Source: Candidatus Udaeobacter sp. | GTDB taxonomy: Bacteria > Chloroflexota > Limnocylindria > P2-11E | DNA: 29,236 bases | Reading direction: 5' to 3' | Assembly (NCBI GenBank): GCA_035535615.1 | Contig: DATLPP010000249.1 | Span: 1 to 29,236 of the forward strand | In this document: in pieces, positions 24,594-29,236 of the stretch | Layout of the letters: each line of letters opens with the position of its first letter | Numbering within the stretch: the first letter of the stretch is position 1 | The notes under the pieces: model-generated | The model's input: only the letters and a program-made list of their open reading frames with translations | Databases searched by the model: none | What the model was told of the DNA's origin: nothing | Translations under genes and position numbers: made by a program

Positions 24594-25310
24594 GTGGCCG
24601 AGCTTGGTACCGTCGCGATGATCTTCCCCCTCTTCAACGAGCGGCATGCCATCGCCGCGCTCGTCCAACGAGTGCCGGCTGCGATCGCGGAAACGATCGT
24701 GGTTGACGACGGATCCGACGACGGCGGGCCCGACCTCGCGCGGCAGGCCGGCGCGCGCGTCATCACCCAGGAACGACGCCGGGGGGTCGGCGCCGCCATC
24801 AGGACAGGTATCGAGGCAGCCCGCGCGAACGGTCACGGCGCGGTCGTTGTGCTCGCGGCGAACGGGAAGGACGATCCTGCTGAGGCGCCGCGGCTTATCG
24901 CGAAGCTCAGCGCCGGATACGACTACGTCCAGGGGTCTCGATTCCTGGCCGAGGGCGGCTCGAGCGTCCATCTGCCACGCGGTCGCGGTCTGATGATCCG
25001 CGGATACACGATCTTGTTCCGCCTGCTCTCCGGTTTTGCGGGCACCGACGTGACGAACGGATACCGCGCATACCGGCTGTCGCTGCTCGACGATCCGCGG
25101 ATCCGCATCGACCAGTCGTGGCTAGACCGGTACGAGCTCGAGTACTACGTCCACTGGAAAGCGATCAAGCTCGGGTATCGCGTCATCGAGGTCGGCGTCT
25201 CGAAGACCTACCCGGAGGGTGGCGGCAACTACTCCAAGATCCGGCGGGTCCGCGACTGGTGGAGCATCGTCAAGCCGACGCTTCTGCTTTGGCTCGGCGT
25301 GCGGGATTGA
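24594..25310 (+). CDS. GT2 polyprenol-phosphate glycosyltransferase (DPM1-like)
   Basis: PLFNE, VVDDGSDDG, GVGAAIRTG, DYVQGSRF, TDVTNGYRAYR, SKI. TAGAGT -10 box 6 nt before the GTG. Confidence 0.9.
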   Translation: MAELGTVAMIFPLFNERHAIAALVQRVPAAIAETIVVDDGSDDGGPDLARQAGARVITQERRRGVGAAIRTGIEAARANGHGAVVVLAANGKDDPAEAPRLIAKLSAGYDYVQGSRFLAEGGSSVHLPRGRGLMIRGYTILFRLLSGFAGTDVTNGYRAYRLSLLDDPRIRIDQSWLDRYELEYYVHWKAIKLGYRVIEVGVSKTYPEGGGNYSKIRRVRDWWSIVKPTLLLWLGVRD

Positions 25311-28300
25311 GCGCGGAGAGATCGATGCGCGCGACGGCGATGCCGGACAGCGCGAGGACCGCACAGAAGATCGTGAGCGAGATCATCCGATCCTGGCTCA
25401 TCGCCGACACGGTGTACTGAAGGTATTCCGCCTCGCTCGTGCCCACCGGCCAGAGGAACCGAACGGCCAACAGATGCAGCACAGTCAGCGCCGCGACACG
25501 CCAGGGCGACCGCCAGAGCGACAAGGGCGCCAGGTGGAAGACGAAGATCGCGAGCGCCGGCACCAGGACGTACAGGTAGCGATCGTCGTCGCGCCCGCCG
25601 ACGAGAGCGACGACGAACGACATGACGACGTAGTACGCCCAGTGAAGCTCGCTGCGCAGAAAATCGAAGAGGCGCCGCGGCCACGCGAATGGGAGCGCGA
25701 AGAACATCCCTAGTGTCAGAGGCGCGGCGAGCACGTACCGCCACGCGTGGGCGTCGATGTTCTCGAAGACAAAGCGCAAGTTGACGTCGATCTGGTAGCG
25801 CTCGGCCCAGTTCGTGAAGTCCGGCGGCGGCGGCACGACCGGGAACAGGCGCACCGCGAGGTAGACGAGCACGGCCGGCGCGCCAACGGCGAGGCTCCGG
25901 AGGGTCACGCCGACGGGATCGCGTCGAACGTGCACCAGCCAGAGGAAGGGACCGAGGGCGATGAGGTTCTCGCGAGTGAGCGCCGCGACGATCAGCACAC
26001 CGCCGAATATGAGGAAGCGGCCCTCGAACGCGGACACCATGAGCGCGAGGAGGAGGAGGAAGCCGAGCGTGTCGGGAAGCACCGGGTAGTACAGCGCCCA
26101 TCGCAAGCCGAGCGGGAGGACGGCCCACCACCCCACCGCGAGGAGCGCGAGAGCGGGCGCTATCGCGTAATGCCGCAGCAGCCGATAGAGGAGCCACGCG
26201 CTTCCAAGCGCGGACCCAAGGTCGAGCAGAAGGAATCCGAGCTTCACCTCGAGACCGGTCGCGGCGACGATCGCGCTCGGAGCGAGGCGGAACGACCACG
26301 GCGGTACGACCGTCACGCTGGGATCCCCGCGCAACGCCTGCGTCAGCCACGAGTACACGCGGCCGTCGAATCCGAGCCCGTCATTGAACGCGATGCGCGG
26401 GGTGAACGGCGCGAGCACGAGGAAGGCGACGGCCGCGATGGCGACCGCGAGGCCTGGCCCGGCGAGGGGCTCGTTGGCCATGACGAGATCGCGGAAGCGC
26501 CGAAGACGAAGGATCGGCTCACGGAAACGCGGGACCCCTACGCGCCACGTGCGCGGGTCTCGCAAGCGGAAACGGAAGCGGGATCCGATCGCGCCGAGCG
26601 CGACCGCCGCGCCGAGAAAGAACAGCGGATCCTTGAGTGGGGCCGATCGGTATTCGGCGGTGATGAAGTGCTGGCCGGCCGGAAGGGCGAACCCGACGTA
26701 GCTCGGAGAGACCATGAATGTCGGCACCTCATGGCCGTCGACCGTGACATGCCAGTTCGGGTGGTAGGTCACCTTGAGCACCATCGCCGAGTCCTCGGTG
26801 CAGCTCGCGAGCACGTCGAAGCGGCTCGACTGTGCGCGCGCGTACGAGATGCCCGGGCGCGGGCAGTCGGCGATCGGAACGGCAACGCCGAACGAAGCGG
26901 CCTGTCGGTAGACATACCGCGCGAACTGCCAGCTGGTCGCGCCACTTCCACGGAGCCAGGCCCGGGCGCGCTCGAACAGGTCGAGCTGGCTCGACGCGGT
27001 CTCGCTGGGGGCGATCGCGGCGTATTCCGCATACCCGCCGCCCGGCGCGCGATAGAGGACGTACTTCGGCGTGGAGACGATCGGCACCACGCCGGGGGCA
27101 AGTGTCGCGGACGGCGGCGCGATGACGTACGCGACGTCGAAAAGGCGGTACTCGGCCGCATCGCGATCGTTGAAGTCGAAGAGGAGGTCCGAGTTGAGCG
27201 AGGCGCCGCGGTAGGGAGGCGCGACCGCATCGAAGCGCTCGAACGCGAGCAGGTTGTAGAGATGGACCGAGCGGAAGGGGATCCCGAAGTCGAGCGCCTC
27301 GCCCCAGTTGTTTCGCAGCCCCGCGTACACGCGACCCGGCGGCTGCGCCGCGAGCGCGGCGAGCACCGTCTTCGCATCCGTGTCGGCGTCTAGCGCGGCC
27401 TGCGTGACGCGCATCCAGGTGGCGTTGTCGGCGTAGTACGACCAGCGCTCGGCGAGCACGGGCAGGAACAGGATCGCGGTCGCGGTCGCGACGGCGGCGA
27501 GCCGCCTTGGCGTCACCTCGGCGCGGGCGAGCTCCCATAGGTACGCGCCGCCTGCGCCGATGAGCAGGATCGCGAAGAGATCCACCCCGCCGATGAAGCG
27601 GTGCAGCAGCAGACCGTCGTGCAACGGGAGGAGGTCGGCGATCGGCCCGAGCGTCGGTCGGCCGAAATATAGGACGAGCCAGAGCGCGAACAGGCCGAGC
27701 GTGAGGACGAGGAGTCGCGTTCGCGTGACGATCGTGGCGACGATCCCACAGGCTAGGAGCGCGGTGAGGACAGGTAGGCGACCGTGATCGAGAAGATCGC
27801 CGGTCACGAGCCAACCGAGGATCGTCGGCGCCCCGAAGGAGTCGTACTTCGCGCGCTCGAGGTACGGGCTCGCGTTCAGGTAACCGGCCTGTGCGAAGAA
27901 CGGGACCCACATGTACGCGCCGATGACACCGGCAAGAGCACCGACCGCGCCGAAGCGCAGGACACGGCCGGCCGCGTTCGCGCGCGTCAGCCCGAAGAGG
28001 AGGAGCACGACGGCGGTGATCGCGGTCATGTACGCATAGATGAGGTGCGAGAGCGCGAGCGCCGCGCAGACCAGGCCGGCTGTGATGATCCCGCTGCCGC
28101 GGGTGGCAACGCGATGGAGCGCCGCGAGCGCGATGAATGAGAGGTGCATGCCGAAGATCTGCGTGTACACGCCGAGGCCACGCCAGACGTAGCTGTCGTA
28201 CTCGAAGCCGTAGCGGTGGCTGCCTGATATAAGGCACCCCGCGGCCGCGCCGATCGCGGCCGCGACAGCGGAGAAACCGAGCCGGCGCATCGACCAGAAC

Positions 28301-28740
28301 ACGGTCAGCGGGAAACCGACCAGGAGCAGGTACCGCACGAGATCGAAGAGCGTCCGGAGCGGGACGAGACCGAACGTCACTTTGCCGAGCGCGGCGACGA
28401 GCAGATGCGGAAGGTTCTGGTAGTAGAGGAACTGCGGAAAGCCAAGCTCGAGCTGCGGCACCCAGAAGTCAAGCGGATCCTGGCCACTCGCCCACGCGTC
28501 GGATGCTTGCTGGATGAAAAGCAAATGCTCGGCGTCGTCGTTCACGTTCGGCAGCGCGTATGCGACCTCGGGCAGGAGCGCGATCGCGTTGAACACCATC
28601 GGCAGCGCGACGATGAGGACGAGGGCGGTCCGGCGGAGGCGCGGGAGGTCTAGCTGGGACGCGACGTGATCACCTCGTCGGTGTGGGGCTCGCCTGTCGG
28701 TTCGGGCTCGCGCTGGGGCTCGGCGCAACGAGCTTCGCAT
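25270..28740 (-). CDS. Fusion of a YfhO-like GT-C membrane protein and a second GT-C-like polytopic module
   Basis: N-half: NDDAEH, FWVPQLELGFPQFLYYQ, many TMs, YHPNWHVTVDG...LPAGQHFI (YfhO-like end). C-half from MANEPL (26481): NDGLGFDG, YYPVLPDT, LTREN, about 10 TMs. True start uncertain (28740, a non-canonical start near 28665, or ATG 28599). Confidence 0.8.
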   Translation of the reverse strand: MRSSLRRAPARARTDRRAPHRRGDHVASQLDLPRLRRTALVLIVALPMVFNAIALLPEVAYALPNVNDDAEHLLFIQQASDAWASGQDPLDFWVPQLELGFPQFLYYQNLPHLLVAALGKVTFGLVPLRTLFDLVRYLLLVGFPLTVFWSMRRLGFSAVAAAIGAAAGCLISGSHRYGFEYDSYVWRGLGVYTQIFGMHLSFIALAALHRVATRGSGIITAGLVCAALALSHLIYAYMTAITAVVLLLFGLTRANAAGRVLRFGAVGALAGVIGAYMWVPFFAQAGYLNASPYLERAKYDSFGAPTILGWLVTGDLLDHGRLPVLTALLACGIVATIVTRTRLLVLTLGLFALWLVLYFGRPTLGPIADLLPLHDGLLLHRFIGGVDLFAILLIGAGGAYLWELARAEVTPRRLAAVATATAILFLPVLAERWSYYADNATWMRVTQAALDADTDAKTVLAALAAQPPGRVYAGLRNNWGEALDFGIPFRSVHLYNLLAFERFDAVAPPYRGASLNSDLLFDFNDRDAAEYRLFDVAYVIAPPSATLAPGVVPIVSTPKYVLYRAPGGGYAEYAAIAPSETASSQLDLFERARAWLRGSGATSWQFARYVYRQAASFGVAVPIADCPRPGISYARAQSSRFDVLASCTEDSAMVLKVTYHPNWHVTVDGHEVPTFMVSPSYVGFALPAGQHFITAEYRSAPLKDPLFFLGAAVALGAIGSRFRFRLRDPRTWRVGVPRFREPILRLRRFRDLVMANEPLAGPGLAVAIAAVAFLVLAPFTPRIAFNDGLGFDGRVYSWLTQALRGDPSVTVVPPWSFRLAPSAIVAATGLEVKLGFLLLDLGSALGSAWLLYRLLRHYAIAPALALLAVGWWAVLPLGLRWALYYPVLPDTLGFLLLLALMVSAFEGRFLIFGGVLIVAALTRENLIALGPFLWLVHVRRDPVGVTLRSLAVGAPAVLVYLAVRLFPVVPPPPDFTNWAERYQIDVNLRFVFENIDAHAWRYVLAAPLTLGMFFALPFAWPRRLFDFLRSELHWAYYVVMSFVVALVGGRDDDRYLYVLVPALAIFVFHLAPLSLWRSPWRVAALTVLHLLAVRFLWPVGTSEAEYLQYTVSAMSQDRMISLTIFCAVLALSGIAVARIDLSALNPARRAKAEASA

Positions 28741-29230
28741 CGAGCTTCTGTGCGGCCGCGAACTCGGTCTGCGCCTCCGCGGTCTGCCCGAGCTGCCGGT
28801 AGAGAAGTCCCAGGTTGAAATGCGCGGCGGCGTTGTTCGCGTTCACCGCGATCACCTGCTTGTAAAGGGACACGGCGTCGCCGGTAATACCGAGGTTCGT
28901 GCGCACGATCGCGAGGTTGAAGAGCGCGCTCTCCATCTTGGGGTCCAGGTCGAGGGCCAGCCGGTAGAAACCGTCCGCGGTGACGAGGCGATTCTGGCGC
29001 TGCGCGATCTCACCCAGGTTGTAGTACGCGTACTGGTTTTTCGGGTCTTTCGAGAGCGTCGTGAAGTACGCGGCGACGGCGTCGTCGAGCTTCCCAGCCG
29101 CATGGGCCGCAAGGCCGCGGTTCAGCGCGTCCGCCGCGGTCTCGTTGCCGCCGCCGGCCGAGCTGGGACCGCCGCACGCGGCAAGCGCGAGGCCGCACCA
29201 GAGAACGCCGGCGAGCAAACGACCCTTCAC
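28670..29230 (-). CDS. TPR-repeat lipoprotein
   Basis: Signal peptide with lipobox LAAC; 3-4 TPRs (AYYNLG, ALFNLA, AHFNLGLLY); P/S-rich tail. Confidence 0.85.
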   Translation of the reverse strand: MKGRLLAGVLWCGLALAACGGPSSAGGGNETAADALNRGLAAHAAGKLDDAVAAYFTTLSKDPKNQYAYYNLGEIAQRQNRLVTADGFYRLALDLDPKMESALFNLAIVRTNLGITGDAVSLYKQVIAVNANNAAAHFNLGLLYRQLGQTAEAQTEFAAAQKLDAKLVAPSPSASPNRQASPTPTR

Positions 29231-29236
29231 TCCGCG

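Overview
High-GC bacterial chromosomal segment. The LysW/LysX pathway, DUF5679/DUF5667-type genes and leaderless promoters suggest a Chloroflexota-like soil lineage (inference). Left to right: lysX (truncated by the window edge) and lysW (missing from the ORF track); a membrane GAF-GGDEF diguanylate cyclase; a GT2; a diheme cytochrome c; an F420-type (DDN) oxidoreductase; a decayed ~2.15 kb integrative element at tRNA-Lys(CTT) with an att-like duplication, a lower-GC oxidoreductase and a frameshifted integrase remnant; CBS and DUF5679-like small genes; cinA; a GT87-like gene; a DUF5667-like gene; a VanW-family gene; class II RNR nrdJ with four NrdR boxes; a class III aminotransferase; a divergent signalling/scaffold cluster; and a GT2 / fused double GT-C / TPR-lipoprotein block. 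The most interesting items are three. (1) The 18.8-24.6 kb cluster: a DivIVA-like coiled-coil scaffold with hendecad repeats, a soluble triple-GAF kinase ending in a MinD-type amphipathic helix, a NarL regulator, a membrane-anchored pseudo-receiver, and a second protein sharing the scaffold's C-terminal domain. (2) A ~430-nt nested multi-stem non-coding element between vanW and nrdJ that matches no RNA family I recognise. (3) Two sigma54-type promoters, one apparently driving a ~70-nt C/U-rich sRNA. All calls come from reading the sequence by eye; no searches or folding programs were run.
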